A DNA stretch of 62,562 nt, filler included, from Sphacelaria rigidula (GCA_964200075.2; 9 parts of 9 records of this genome joined end to end with filler, not necessarily neighbours in it); one strand, 5' to 3'. Counted from the first letter of the whole stretch, positions 38,940 to 51,910 are shown. Translations and numbers: made by a program. Notes: a model not told the origin generated them from the letters alone.

Positions 38940-39400
38940 AAACAAAATATAATCGCTCACTAGAGGGGAAAAAAAATGAGACAAGAGTTGAACAAAAGCA
39001 CCGTTAGACAAAAACAAAGAGAGTGAACCGAGAAAACCAATAACTAGCAGAAATAAAGGTACACTATTCATGTATGTTGTACATACAGTATGCATGATCC
39101 GATCTATTTTCAATGTGAAGACAACAACAACAACAGACCGCGAGGGCAGTCCATCTGGGTCATGCGTGTTCTTTTTTTTTTCTTGTGCTGTAGAGTGAAC
39201 CGAGAAACCCAAACCAAAACGAATTCGAGCAGGTAGGGAAGGGAAAGGAACGGAGAACACCTAGAAAACAAGTGAAACCCAAAAATGGCCGGTCCCTATA
39301 GAGCATGGCTTCGGGCGAAAACAGGCCGGCCGTGTGCAAAACAAGGTGCACGCACCCCACACGAGAAACGAAACAAGACAAAAATGGACCTGGTAACAAA
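38940..39400 (+). repeat. A-rich dispersed repeat (family D), related to 10030-10340
   Basis: Shared block TGGCCG..CCCT.TA..CATGGCTTC...AAAAC...CACCC.ACACGA. Confidence 0.4.
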
Positions 39401-39656
39401 TCGTGGCTCAGCGTTTTCGAACTATACCTTTTGGGCACAGCTCTCACCTATAATCCATGGTTGAACGACTATTGGGTGTTCAGACCATCACATTCGGATC
39501 TGAAGTTGGGCTGATGGTCCCCTCTGCTCGCTAGCGTGCGCAGTACACGTTTTTTTCTTGTCTTTTTTTTTTTTTAAATCGGCGCCGCTCAAGCGTCGGT
39601 TTGAGCTTCGTCAACACTTTGCCTAGGTCTCACTCTGCACCCGCACCCCCCCCCGC

Positions 39657-39938
39657 GTGGTGTTTTATAGCATGAAATCGTTTGATGCATTAGACAGTAG
39701 GGACAACACAATGACTAAACTTGGAGGTATTGTACATGGTGGCCAGAGACGGCTAAACAGGTTGGGGATAAGATATGTAATTTTTTTTGTGTGTAATGTG
39801 TGGAAGAAACGTAATGAGCGCCGGAATGTTGAAGATGGCTTCATTTGGAGTAGGAACGGTACTCCGTCTCGAAAGAGATGCGTGATCAATGGTCAAACGA
39901 CTAAGGCAAGCCACAAATGAGTACATTCCTCCCCCCCC
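39657..39938 (+). mobile_element. LINE 3' end (~280 bp) with C tail
   Basis: MKSFDALDSRD...CNVWKKRNERRNVEDGFIWSRNGTPSRKRCVINGQTTKASHK*; C tracts on both sides. Confidence 0.85.
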
Positions 39939-40002
39939 GCGCGCGCATGATCTTGTGTTGGATTTTGTTCAAGATGTTTGGGCATATGGTGGATCCTATG
40001 AC

Positions 40003-40100
40003 CTCCGGGAGAGATGGGTTGATCCCTTGAGACCACGGACTCGTCCCGAGAAAGAGGGGGTGTTCAAAGTGCAACAAGTAAATAGGGAAATAAATAAGTA
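40003..40100 (+). mobile_element. SINE family B 3' fragment
   Basis: GAGAGATGGGTTGATCCCT.GAGACCACGGACTC.TCCCGA matches 41967-42010; A-rich tail. Confidence 0.7.
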
Positions 40101-41166
40101 AAAATATGAAGGTATGTGACTGCGCGGTGGAAAGCTACCTAGGGTCCGACGAATCATTGCTGGTTCGAATCACCAACTCTACCATAGTAGAAATAATCTA
40201 CAATATTTGAGACCTGGTCGTTCGAAAGAAGTTTCTAGGCGAATGCTGTGTCATTCCACGTGCCTGAGGTGTGCATACGTGAGGTGAAAAGCTAAAACAA
40301 AGCTCGAGGATTGATTCGTACGGTAGGAATCAATCACACTAGAAACAAGACGTTTTCAGACGAATACCGTTGTTTTTTCGACCCTTGAAAAGCTAATGAT
40401 TTCTTTACATATGTATGCGTGTCCTACTTTTAGCGCCGTCCTTCCTCCTCACTCAAAACTGCACCATAGTCTAAACCGTGTGACTGTGATGTATTTATTT
40501 TTGGCTGATATACACCGATGCGAATGTTGATAACTGTTTTTGATACATGAATATCCCTGCGGCATATATTGTATATATATTATCCCAAGTTCGTGCGGAT
40601 CAATAAGTTGAAAAAGGTAACCCATATCTCGCCCGGTTCTTCTGCTGTATTGTTCAAATACTGTAACACCCTTTGATATCATCGTACCATCCAGTTATAT
40701 TTCCCCCCCATTTTCAATTTCCTTGAGTCCAAGAGCTTGCCATATGAAAAGAGCAGGTTTATCTAATGACTTTATATGTATGGCGACGAGATGTTTCCAA
40801 AGACATAGCTGTAGGTGTCATGAGCGCCACCGCTGATGAGAGAATCGAAGTCGAAATATGTCATTGGTGGATGCGATAGTGATGAATGGTAATGCGGTAG
40901 ACATTACGAACCAGTACAGTAGGTGACCCGATTCAAGGCCACCCTGATTCATCCCAGTAAAGGCGGCTTTGAATTTATAGTGGCCTAAAACCGATTTAAG
41001 CCCGTTTAGGCCTTACATCGGGAGCATCTTGATTTTAGGCTTTTTGGGCCTTACATCGGACATGACTTGTAATTGTGTTACCTGGTACCCTATATAAGGC
41101 CTTATCAACCTTGTATAGGGTCCTCTGTGACAACTGGTTCGCGAGATCGGACTAATGTCCGGGAAA

Positions 41167-41175
41167 ACAATGATG

Positions 41176-41236
<61 letters not shown>

Positions 41237-41259
41237 TAACAATAACAACAATAACAACG

Positions 41260-41298
<39 letters not shown>

Positions 41299-41300
41299 GC

Positions 41301-41340
<40 letters not shown>

Positions 41341-41362
41341 GTAATAGTAATAGTAATAATAA
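41167..41362. repeat. Compound (AAT)n(AAC)n microsatellite
   Basis: Direct reading. Confidence 0.97.
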
Positions 41363-41589
41363 CTAGTGGTAAGCCACGGCTGACGCGCGTGGCAGCAGTG
41401 CCGAACGTATCAGCACCACGGGTCTTGCACGGGCGGAGGTTTGAACGTAATGGTGAAACATAAGAAAAGGAGTCCGACATTAACCGTAATTGATCAGGAT
41501 GAGCAGGTAAGGGCTTCCAACCGCACGGCTGACCGTAATAAGCACTATGAAGAGGAAAAAAAGCCTCGCCGTTAGGGACGCCAATAATG

Positions 41590-41678
41590 GGGTGGGGGAG
41601 TGGGAGGAGGGGTGTAGTCATGATCATACATGCCATAGTCATGAGACCATTGACCTCGCATCCCTACAAAGCCGGGAC
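41590..41678 (-). mobile_element. Family C 3' fragment
   Basis: Reverse complement GTCCCGGCTTTGTAGGGATGCGAGGTCAATGGTCTCATGACTATGGCATGTATGATCATGACTACACCCCTCC. Confidence 0.8.
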
Positions 41679-41778
41679 NNNNNNNNNNNNNNNNNNNNNN
41701 NNNNNNNNNNNNNNNNNNNNNNTTAATTAATTAANNNNNNNNNNNNNNNNNNNNNNNNNNNNNNNNNNNNNNNNNNNN

Positions 41779-42047
41779 TGGAGAGAACGGGGGTTCGATT
41801 CCCGATGCGTTGGGTTTTTTCTTCGTAATGTATGATTTCCACCGTGGAAAGCGTGAGAACGTGAGAAAACAAAAGTAGTCGACTGGGTTAGTAGTGTGCC
41901 GTGAGTTGACGTGGTGCGGGAATGCTGATCCAAGCCGCGAGATCAAAATGAAAGGCACGTACCGGGGGAGAGATGGGTTGATCCCTCGAGACCACGGACT
42001 CATCCCGAAGAAGGGGAGGGGTTCAAAGTGTGAGGGGAAAAAAAAAA
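41779..42047 (+). mobile_element. SINE family B (B box, body, A10 tail)
   Basis: GGTTCGATTCCC B box; matches 1-85(-) and 40003-40070; ends in an A run. Confidence 0.72.
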
Positions 42048-42189
42048 GAGTATACAATACAGATGCCGTACAACAGGGATGTCACAAAATGCGTCAATTC
42101 ACCCTTGACCTCATAACCACCGCCTCGAAAACAACAGAGTTCTACGCGTAGCTAGGACTTCAAAGCTGAAGAACTGTCCTTCCACCCGC

Positions 42190-45100
42190 CTTGATTGCAC
42201 CGTCCTCGAACGCCTTCTCGGTGAGTCCTCTGTCCGCCCGCAGCATCCCGGCATGGTGGCATCCCAAGCCTGCCTGGAACAGCTCCCTGAGTTCCTTGTT
42301 ACGGGACTTTTCGACCTGGCTGGCGTGCCTGCCCCAGTGCTCAGAGGTGGTGCATGAAAAGTCTTCGAACGCGTTGTCCCTCTGTGCCAACTCGAGGATG
42401 GACTACGGGAATTGGGAGGGGGGGGGGGGAAGATCACAGTGTGAATATCTTTTCAGGCGTGGTCAGTCGCACCAAAGGGTGGGCACGTTGGTTCAAGAAA
42501 ACGTTGCGGAGCACTTGTTGCCGTGGATAAAACAAGTTGCGCCAACAATATAATTGGGCATGTATGAGGTGTTTCCACGCTGCACGCGCACAGTAGCATG
42601 TTGAGGCATACGCAAGCAACAAGCTCAGTGGCTACTCGATAGCTGTGAAAGTATGTTCTTATTGACGTACTGGTCTGTGGGCATCGGGAAAAGTAACCAA
42701 TAGAGGACACTATGGTCAAGGATCCTATACTGTAGAGCACGTGCGGGGAGAAGCTGCAGGCGGAATTACAGCAGGTAAGCATAAATTGTTCTTGTGCTCG
42801 GGACAACCACGCCGTATCACAGGATTACAGTGCTTGATCATCCCGAAAGTCGAGCAGATACAAGACGCGGGAAAGAAACATCGCCTCGGCAAAAAAGCGG
42901 AGCCACCTTCAGGTGAACAAAATAAGAAACGGAAAATGTGCAGCTAAGGACAAAACCATGACCCTGCTTTCCTTCGTTGAGAACGAGCCTGAAGCCATAG
43001 TCCCTGGCAGTTCCGTGTTCAGGGGGTGTGAGAGTGCCGCACCTGTGCAGTCCTGACGGTTTCCTTCCTGGCATGCACAAACACCATGACCTGGTGACCC
43101 TTCTGTAGCGATGCGCGTGCGCGTTCATAGGCTACCCTGTTCATCATCGCCTGACCACACAGCAGAAGAACACGCAGTGTAGGGCATAATTACGGCCGCC
43201 TGCCCTACGGCCTACAGCTGACAGCGACGGTGACACGATATGCGATCAAAAAAGATAGGAGTTTAACGCCCACAAAGTGTTTGTCGTTGCGTGGTGGACA
43301 ACAGAGAACCTCCGTTTTGAAAAACAAACAACTGTCGTAGATATTTTGACGCGGGGCAGGGAGGTGCGGGGGCGGAGAGAGCCGCCCAAGTAACGGGGGG
43401 GGGACACAAGACACAACAAAAGCCATGACGTGTTCCTCTTGTTCCCGATGAATGCGTCCTCATGCAAGAAGTTACGATGGTGAGAACTGGACCTGCTTAG
43501 CACTGTACAATTGAAACTAAGTAGCCCTACTCCGGACTAGGGTAGCGCTCCGTAAGCGATGCTTTCATCAGCAAGAGCCACAGAGTAGTGCAACGCAGAC
43601 CTCAGACCATGGTGGACACCCAAGGGCACGCAGCAAAAGACGCATCTGATATTTTGGATGCAAACATAGGGGGTGTTTATTCGTGCGAGGACACAAGCAC
43701 ATTAGTGGCGGAAGCAGCCACCGACGGGAACTGTTCGCGTTCTTCCCCGACCATTTAGTTTCTCACGGTGCTTTCGCCAGAACGACCAACTCGTTCCACC
43801 CTCACGTGCGCCAAGCACGTACAGCACCCGAAATGGAGACATGCTTCAGGAGAAAAAATGTTCGAAAACCTCATGGTACGACACACACGACGGCATGTCG
43901 CGGAATCAAAAGCATACACGCCTGAGGGATGCCTTACTATCCCCCCACCCCCCGCCCCCCCTCAGCCTGGTTCGGCGAGAACCCGGCGTGCTCCATCCCG
44001 GCTTTGTAGGGGCGTATAAAACACGCCACTCACTGCGTAAGCTAGGCAACCAGGTTACCGATTATTTTGCGAATTTGCGTTTTTTTCGGTAACCATGATG
44101 GTAGTCGAGATAGATCATGTTGTGCGGCGTGGGAGAACCTCAACTCCGCACAATGGCAAGGATCGTACTACGTAATGTTTAAAAGGTGAGACATCCATGC
44201 GGCAGTGTATAAGCCGTGGCTGTCTCTGCAAGAGGCGATACGAGAAAATATAGCAACTTACTGTAGGCTGTCATCCAAATGCAAGATGATCAATATAGGC
44301 TTCGGGCCGAACAATCTTAGCAGGATGCAGCTCACCCTTCATGCGACTCGCGCTTCGCGCTCGGTGATTGAGTGCGAGCCTGGTCCCGCGAAAAGCCGAC
44401 GTGCTCCGTCCCGGCTTTGTAGGGATGCGAGGTCAATGGCCTGATGACTATGGCATGCATAATCATGAGTCCCCCCCCCCCCTCCCCAGACCAGCCCCAA
44501 AACAAGAAAAACGTTACTCAGTGCATGATAGCTGGTTCAGACCGAATAAGGCGCCTCGTATGGACGACATTGGTGAAAACAACCCCAAGCTTAGGAGTTC
44601 CCAGCTGCTCAGTGTGCTCAGCTTATGTCATTTTGATCCACACGCCGTTTTTGTCTCCTCAGACCAGCCACTTTTCAGGGGGGGGGGTGTCCATCACTGT
44701 ATCACTCGCACCTGTTGCCGGAGTCTCTGCTTGTCCGTGACGCCGATGAACGTCTGCTCCAGAGGGACTGGTCTATGTTCCGGACCGAAGTGGAAGAGGC
44801 CCTTGCTCGAGTTTACCTGAAATACAGAACACGGAGGACATATGGATGACAACGCGCCGGAAGGGAAGAGAAGGGGCAACATGACATTGTACTATTGCCA
44901 TCACCGAACCAGTGTCAAGGATGGATACGTACTGGCCAAGAATGTGAAGAATACAAGGCTAACCAGCCGCTTCACACATGTGTGGGTAAAAAATACTCGC
45001 GCAGAACGCACGCCGAAGATACGAGAAGGTTTGTCGAGGGACCCCAGCAGAATGGTGAGCAACCGCTGCGAGGCAACGCCAAGAAGGGGTCCGAATCACA

Positions 45101-45560
45101 TATACGCTCAACAGAGATCAGCAAAATAATACACCCGTCGTTTCGATGGACCCTTCGAGCGCCGTGAGTGTTCACCTCTTGAATTGACACCGTTGTCCCC
45201 GGTAAATGACTGCCGATCACAGTTATCCATCTACGGACGTGCAAAGAGTTAAAATTGAACTATCAACAGGTGCATCCAACTGACAAGATATTGGTAGGTT
45301 TTATCGACCATCAAACATCATGTTGTCGGGAAAGTATCCGGCACTAGAAGTAGCGTTTCCAGTGCACCATTGCACACCGAGTAGTGCCTAGAGCGAGCCT
45401 ACGCTCTCACCCTGAGGAAGGACGCCACGTCCTGGTAGTTGGGCAAAGTGGCTGAAAGCCCCACCAGACGAACGAGCGTTTGCGTGGTCTCCATGTACCG
45501 CTGAGTTCTCGCCACGATGCTCTCGATAACTGCACCTCGTTCGTCTGCCAGGAGGTGCAC
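42190..45560 (-). CDS. ASCC3: Ski2-like DExH helicase ASCC3/Slh1, N-terminal cassette; exons 45560-45411, 44816-44712, 43150-43043, 42402-42190
   Basis: Spliced peptide [61 protein letters not shown]|..[19 protein letters not shown]|..[26 protein letters not shown]; all phase 0; HHAGMLR and QTFIGV favour ASCC3 over Brr2. Confidence 0.92.
43962..44487 (+). mobile_element. Family C best-preserved copy (~480-nt structured, non-coding, poly(C)-tailed), in an ASCC3 intron
   Basis: Multiple hairpins; 3' module shared with the LINE; C12 tail; 5' end duplicates a 3' segment. Confidence 0.85.
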
Positions 45561-45719
45561 CTACATGAGTACGTCACACAAACATGACGCACCATGGGTG
45601 AGGGGAGGAACAGGGAAACGCAGCACGCAACACCGTGTCATCTTTGATGCACAGGCCGGTTGACGCATTTCACCAAGATCGTGTCATCGGGAGATGCTTT
45701 CTGAAATACGTACTCAATA

Positions 45720-46740
45720 GTGTAATGCATGGTATCGTGCTGACCGCGAAGGACAAACTTAAGAGGGTGACATAGCCGGATTTTTGTTCGGGAAGGCCAT
45801 AGGGGTAGCGCTAAGGGCGAACAGCACCCCGACCAACCAGCAGCCTTCAAATGGTTCTGACATTGAAAATACGAAATTCTGACTCAATTTCTATCCAGTC
45901 TTCTCATGCTCTCAGCCGTCGCGATTGTCATCCCTTCGGAAACGTAACGGATACGAAGATACTCGAAGACGGTTATGACGGGGACCGAACTATGCCCAAA
46001 ACCGTGGTATTTCGGTATGTGGGGTTTTCGGCGTCATCAGATTTCACCGATGATGGGCATTCAAGACTCACAACGCCTGCTGACGGTTTCCTGAATATCG
46101 GTCGTGGAAAAGATCCGACCATCCTCAATTTGGGAGTTCGTTGCATATTGATGCTCCCAGTGGGAAAATGTACTGTTGGAAAATATTTCAATATTTCTCC
46201 GCCCTTTTCCCGCTTCTGGGGGTCCCAGCGCGACAACCCCCGGAAGCCGGTACATGATGTCTAAAAATGAACAGAATGCAGTTATTCCTCCCGGGGCAGT
46301 CTAAGGAACATTTGTATGAGTTTCGTTGCGTCACTCGAAACTCTGATCCGATTATTTATCGTTTCAACCCCGAACATACCCCAAAAGGGTGTTTCTGTAT
46401 TACATTCAAGTAGTTTCGGGTTTGCACCGGGCACTTCATCGTACGGAGGCGCAAAACTTCAGGCCGTTTTTTGGATTTAGACGCTGAATTTTTTCACATG
46501 AACTATCGGCCACACAAGATCTTTCCGTGGACGATCTTTTTCTCACTGTTTGTTTACTGATTTTCGGGGGTCTCAGAGGGGCACAGGAGCCCTAAGAATC
46601 CTGGGACCCCCGAAATCCGGTAAAAAAAAGCATAGTGCAGAACACAAATTCTACCGAAGTCTTGTAATGACGCACCGTACATATGTGCAGAGTTTCAGGT
46701 TGTAATTTCGAAAAACCGCGTACAGTTCTGCCTATGAATC
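45720..46740 (-). mobile_element. Family P copy with internal palindrome (46455-46725)
   Basis: Reverse-complement homology to 26440-27465; arms GATTTTCGGGGGTCTCAG / CTGGGACCCCCGAAATC. Confidence 0.65.
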
Positions 46741-47944
46741 TATTTTGATGAGGGTGAATTAGCCAGTATAGTAGATGACTCCACTAGTCCAAGTGGGTAC
46801 TGCTTTTACTTATGCTAGCAAAAATCGAAGCGAGGGTTCACGCGAAACCTTCCCCCTCCCCGAACCGTGAATCTACCCAGTATACCTTATATCAAGTTTC
46901 GTGTTTGCGCATCTGTAGTGCAAACCCCACCCAAATTCTGCACTCTCCTGCTGCTGCATCGTTATACGGTTAGGACAAATCAACTCGTGAGTCAACTCAA
47001 AGTCATCATCTCAATGAACAAATCATGCGGTTCGCACATCAGTTGTAATTTACGCAGTCAACCCTTCTTCATGACTCAAGGCGTGATGTAATTCACGCAG
47101 TCAACCCTTCTTCGTGATTCAAGGCGTGAATGGCTTGTACATGCACGCCATGTGCGGCAAGTTCGACGTGACCGCTGGTATATGTTTCCCACCTTCGGAT
47201 GAATGCGGGACCTGTTGAAGTCAACAAGGCTGATCAATCTGCAGTCATGGGGCCTGAACCACACACACTTTTCTCAAACCTGTAATGCGCGCAAGATGCC
47301 TGCACTGCACAATATGTTATATGTTATCCACCCTCAAGTGAANNNNNNNNNNGCAAAGAGTTGAATTCTGCCATTTCATGTTCATGGGGCCTATATCACG
47401 CGTATTTTTCTCCCATGGGTAATGCGCTGCATATGTGTTATCCACCCTCAACTCAGCAGACCAATGGTTTACACAGCATGACTGCTTGCGCATCATGGCG
47501 AGTCAACATAACACCACACCCGGTAGATACAAGGAGGCGCGGCAGTTCGCCGCGGCTGTTAAGTACCGTGCACGAGCGGTACCTCTGCGTAATGGTGGAA
47601 AGATGCGTTCTTCCAATCAAGAACCATCGACGGCGTGGTCGTATGCTGTTGTGTTGGGACCTCACAGGAAGGAGACACGCAATATTGTACTGAAAGCACC
47701 TGTACGAATTGCTCCGCCGTGCCGATACACGAAGCACTATTCAATTTTCTGTGCTTCAGACTAACCGACAGCGAAGGGGATGTGGCCGGTACCATAGTAC
47801 GGGGAAAAAACATGGAGGATATTGTAGATTGCACATCGTGAACAAGGTTGCGTAGTGGTGTACGGTGGTTCACCGCGGTTGGCAATTGCTGTGTGAAAAC
47901 GGACCTTGACGGAACCCACTCGGGGTTTCCTTGTCCGGGCCCAA

Positions 47945-48190
47945 CAAAGCACAGCACAGAAACACGGATACACTACGCTGGGCTAGGCTAGGCTAGGCTA
48001 CACTAGACTAGACTACAATACACACTACAGCACATCACGGCACAGTTCCGCACAAACCAGCACGGTAGCGTACTGCGTGCTCCCACAATACAACACTGTA
48101 CGCTGCACTACACTACACTTACCACAACAAAACAAGCCCAACGCAGAGCAGCGCAGTATAACACAGAACATTACTGTGATACCCTACCGT
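47945..48190. repeat. Degenerate pentanucleotide array (CACTA/GCTAG/CACAG)
   Basis: Direct reading. Confidence 0.8.
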
Positions 48191-49021
48191 ACCGTGAACG
48201 GTAACGGTACCGACTGCGCGCACGGTGCTTTCAGAATTGTTGGCGATGTGAGATGATGACTCTTAGTCAACTCATGGTCATCATTTCAATGAAAAGATTA
48301 TACTACTGTAGTCGTACATCATTTGTATTTCATACAGCTTCTTAGCTTGTGCGTGGCTCAGTATAACCCGAAGGTTCTCGCTTCATACCTTTCATAACTT
48401 CCGGGGTAAATAATGGGTACATAAGTCAACTCTGCGCTGAAAATTTGGATGCATCGATTGTACATGTCACGCATTTCTTATTATCATGAGTCGGGAACGC
48501 CATGTACAACTTGCTTGGCCAACTTGTTGGAGATGAGCGCCCGCACATATTTCCCACCTTCGGGCTAATGCGGGACTGACAAGTTGTATACAGGTTGACT
48601 CTTCACTTCCGATGGGCCCTGAACCACGCGTAAATTTCTCNNNNNNNNNNNNNNNNNNNNNNNNNNNNNNNNNNNNNNNNNNNNTTAATTAATTAANNNN
48701 NNNNNNNNNNNNNNNNNNNNNNNNNNNNNNNNNNNNNNNNGATGCGAGGTCAACGGTCTGATGACTATGGCATGCATGATCATGAGTACACCCCCTTGTT
48801 CACTCAACACACCCACAAAAAAATCAAATCTGTAAACTTCTTACACTGACGGGATACGGGGTACCGTTGGGCGGAAACACGGAACATGAGTAGCAGTGTA
48901 GTTTCTTCAGGATGGATCACCCCCAGGCTCAAGTGAGGGTTTGAGTGGGGGCGGTTCATTTGTGCCAGCAGGGGGACCAAGTAGCAAGGTACAGATCATC
49001 AAAGTTGATGGTGGTCGTGTC

Positions 49022-49524
49022 CAAGGTTGTATTTTGTAGGATATGGAGTTTTGTATACCTGGGGTATTTTTTCCGGGTGTAGTTCTTACCCGACACTTCT
49101 GTGACCTCTGTAAGACTTTCATGCCCGTTTCCGACAGTTCTGTAACTTGTGTAAGACGTTCGTACCCCTACCCGATAGTTTTGTGCCTTTTGCAAGACTT
49201 GCATACCGGTACTCGATAGTTCTGTGACTTCTGTGAGCCTCCCATACCCTTTCCATACAGTCCTGTAAATTCTGTGCAAAATGTTGACCCTTACCCGGGG
49301 CGCGGCTATACCTTCGCGAAAATACCCTGTTGCGGGTTCAACTTTCTGTGCAGCCTTTATGCCCTACCCGACAAGTTATGTGAGTTCTGGAAGCCTCCCA
49401 TACCCCACCGGCAGGTTCTGTAACTTCTGTAGCACTTTCATGCCCCTACCCGATAGTTATGTATGCTCTGTAAGGAATCACGTACCCTACCGAAGATACT
49501 CCTACCAAACAGAACACAACCTTG
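49022..49524. mobile_element. Non-autonomous TIR element (hAT-like CAAGGTTG ends) with internal TTCTGT/TACCC repeats
   Basis: CAAGGTTGTATT... and ...AACACAACCTTG; no clear TSD. Confidence 0.6.
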
Positions 49525-51519
49525 CATATTTCGTCCCTGTTTCGGACCAGTTGAGGATGCAGGACAGCTATGATGGTAGAATACACGCAAATTTCCACCT
49601 GTACTCGAAACTATCCCACGTGTACCCTGCCGTGTTTGCTTTCCCGCCACACTTTCAACCCATTCCCTTCGTCGGGACGAGTTCGGGTCTGCTGTCTTTA
49701 AGGCCTCTAAAAGATGAACACATGTTTTTATTCCGTCACGCTCGCAATTTCACCGGTTTCCTAGGACGATTCCGCGCTCTCAAAGGGATCTACTCATCTC
49801 CTCCCCGATACAGGTCTTATATTTTCGTGCCGAGGATTGGATAATGAGTACTCTCGCACCGCGTCGACTCTCGCCAAATACGCTATTAATAGCCTTGCTA
49901 CTCACGCCCTTGCGTGTTTGACGACCAAAAGAATGAATGATTCGCAAGAGTTGATAAAGTGCGTCTAGCGGACATAGAATCTGCATTTTTCCGGCCTCCT
50001 GGCTTTGAGTTACATACCGTTACACCACCACGGCACGTCTTCTTGTTAGAGTGAAATGATATATAAAAGGGCCGTGGCACTGCTAGTTTTCGGTAAAAGG
50101 CCGCGGAAATGGGGTCAATCTCACATCGTTTGGGTGCGAAGCAAAAGTCGCAGGCCGCTGTACCCTGGAGTGACCGGAAACAACAAAGTATACCATTTCC
50201 CTGCCATCACTGCCGTGTTACTTATACAACGAGAGGAAGCAGGATCCCTGTAGTCGTGCAAATGCCCCGAGGTGCCCTGCGCACTCTGCTTCGCCACTCG
50301 CGCACCTTTTTCAAGGTTTTCAAGCTAATTCATGAGTGAAAGAGGGAGTCCCCCCCCCCACCCCCATGAAAGAAATTATTTTACCGCCGTTGTAAGCACT
50401 GCCATCCGAACGGCCAATCTACTCTGCGTGGGACGGACTGCGCACACGAAGACAGTGAATTGTGGCACTCTTTCAACGAGAAACATTCAGGCAAATTAGC
50501 GGGTTTTTGTCGACATGCCAGTAAAATGGGGCCAACGTTTTCCGAATCACCGAGGTCGCCGAAATGAACTTCTCGCTCAAGGTTTGAGCGCCAGGACCAA
50601 AACCTTTGCGGAGGTGCGCAAATCGACAATCGGAAGGCGATCCCCAGGTCGGGTTCTCGGTTTTCCCAAGATGAGGCTGCATGGATATTGCGTTGATTCA
50701 GAACATCAACCAAATGGACCTCACTCTAGGAAAAGGAAGAACGGCCAAGTAGTCAAAGCGCCTTCGAAAAGTCGATTCATACCTCTCTTCTAAATTTCAG
50801 ATCTCAATTGCTGTCAACGGTTTGACTCCATACGCCCGAAGGCTCCTATTTTCTCGTGGTTCATAACTCTCATGACTACATTCAACACTGACGAATGGCT
50901 TGGAGTGGGCGCCTATCACAATATCAAAAATGGTGGCAACTCAGAGTCCACTACTTCCACTAACTTGGGAGAACCAGGGATTGCATGCCGTCGACTTCAA
51001 ACACTCAGAGTGGTAGCTATTGGGAGCGTGGCGTTTATGTTTCACATGAGTAGGGCAATACGCTTCAAGTGAGTCGTGGAATACATTTTAAAGGCCGAGA
51101 TTCTGGAACAGACCTGAGTCAAAATACTTGGATATGGTTCCAAACAATGACGACAATTCGAGTAATGGATTACGATGGGATACGCATATTTGCTGGAAAT
51201 ATGTTGGTGAACACTTTTCGCGGGCCGAGGTAGTTAGAGGAACGACCTGCAACAACACCAGGATGTACAATGGAAAATGGCGACAAGTTGAATGATGGAT
51301 ACTGACTGAAGAATAATATTTCCGGGAATGGGTACGGCAATCTTTTACAAGCATTCTTCACCGGCCGACATTGTGGAACAGAAACAGTTGAAAACGCTTG
51401 GATACATTACCCAAACAATGGCGACAACAAAAAAGAAAAAATAAGGCAGAATCGCGGGTTTACAGGAGAAACCAGTCGCAAGTTAGTGGAACTCGAGTCA
51501 TGCGACAGCACTTGGAAAC

Positions 51520-51910
51520 ATGTCACAACTCCAACTCGAATTTCAAGGCTGAACTTGAAAAATCAGGGACGACTCGGAGTGAACTACTACCATTAAATTC
51601 GTAGGAAAACCCAGATTCGACTCTGACGACAAGATTTGGGGAATGACGGCGTCTCAGCCTCGACTTTACGGCTGACTTCGGAAATGACGAACACTCAGAG
51701 TAAACTCCTACCGCGAAATTTTGAAAGGGAAACCACTGGGAGTAGATATTTACGACTAAGATCGGAATTCGGAAATGACAACAGCTGATGGTCGACTCCT
51801 ACAACCAAAGTCGGAAATGACGACGACTAATAGTCCACTTATACGACCAAATTCGGTGACGGTGACGACTCATCGTTGACTCTTACGACAAAGTGCGAAA
51901 AACGACGGAC
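51520..51910 (+). repeat. Degenerate 42-bp minisatellite (consensus approx. GGAAATGACGACGACTCAGAGTCGACTCCTACGACCAAAGTC)
   Basis: Clear units start at 51771, 51813 and 51855, with more diverged units upstream. Confidence 0.7.

Noticed and set aside
44690-45252. piggyBac transposase on the + strand ending at AAAGAGTTAA
   Set aside because: 44712-44816 is an ASCC3 exon on the minus strand; no catalytic motifs and no matching second TIR
23523-45560. Functional cluster of channel, C2, MFS and helicase genes
   Set aside because: Each lies on a different, unlinked contig
48755-48790. Hammerhead ribozyme at CTGATGA in the family C tail
   Set aside because: No downstream GAAA core; TGAT is a hairpin loop that varies among copies (TCAT, TTAT)
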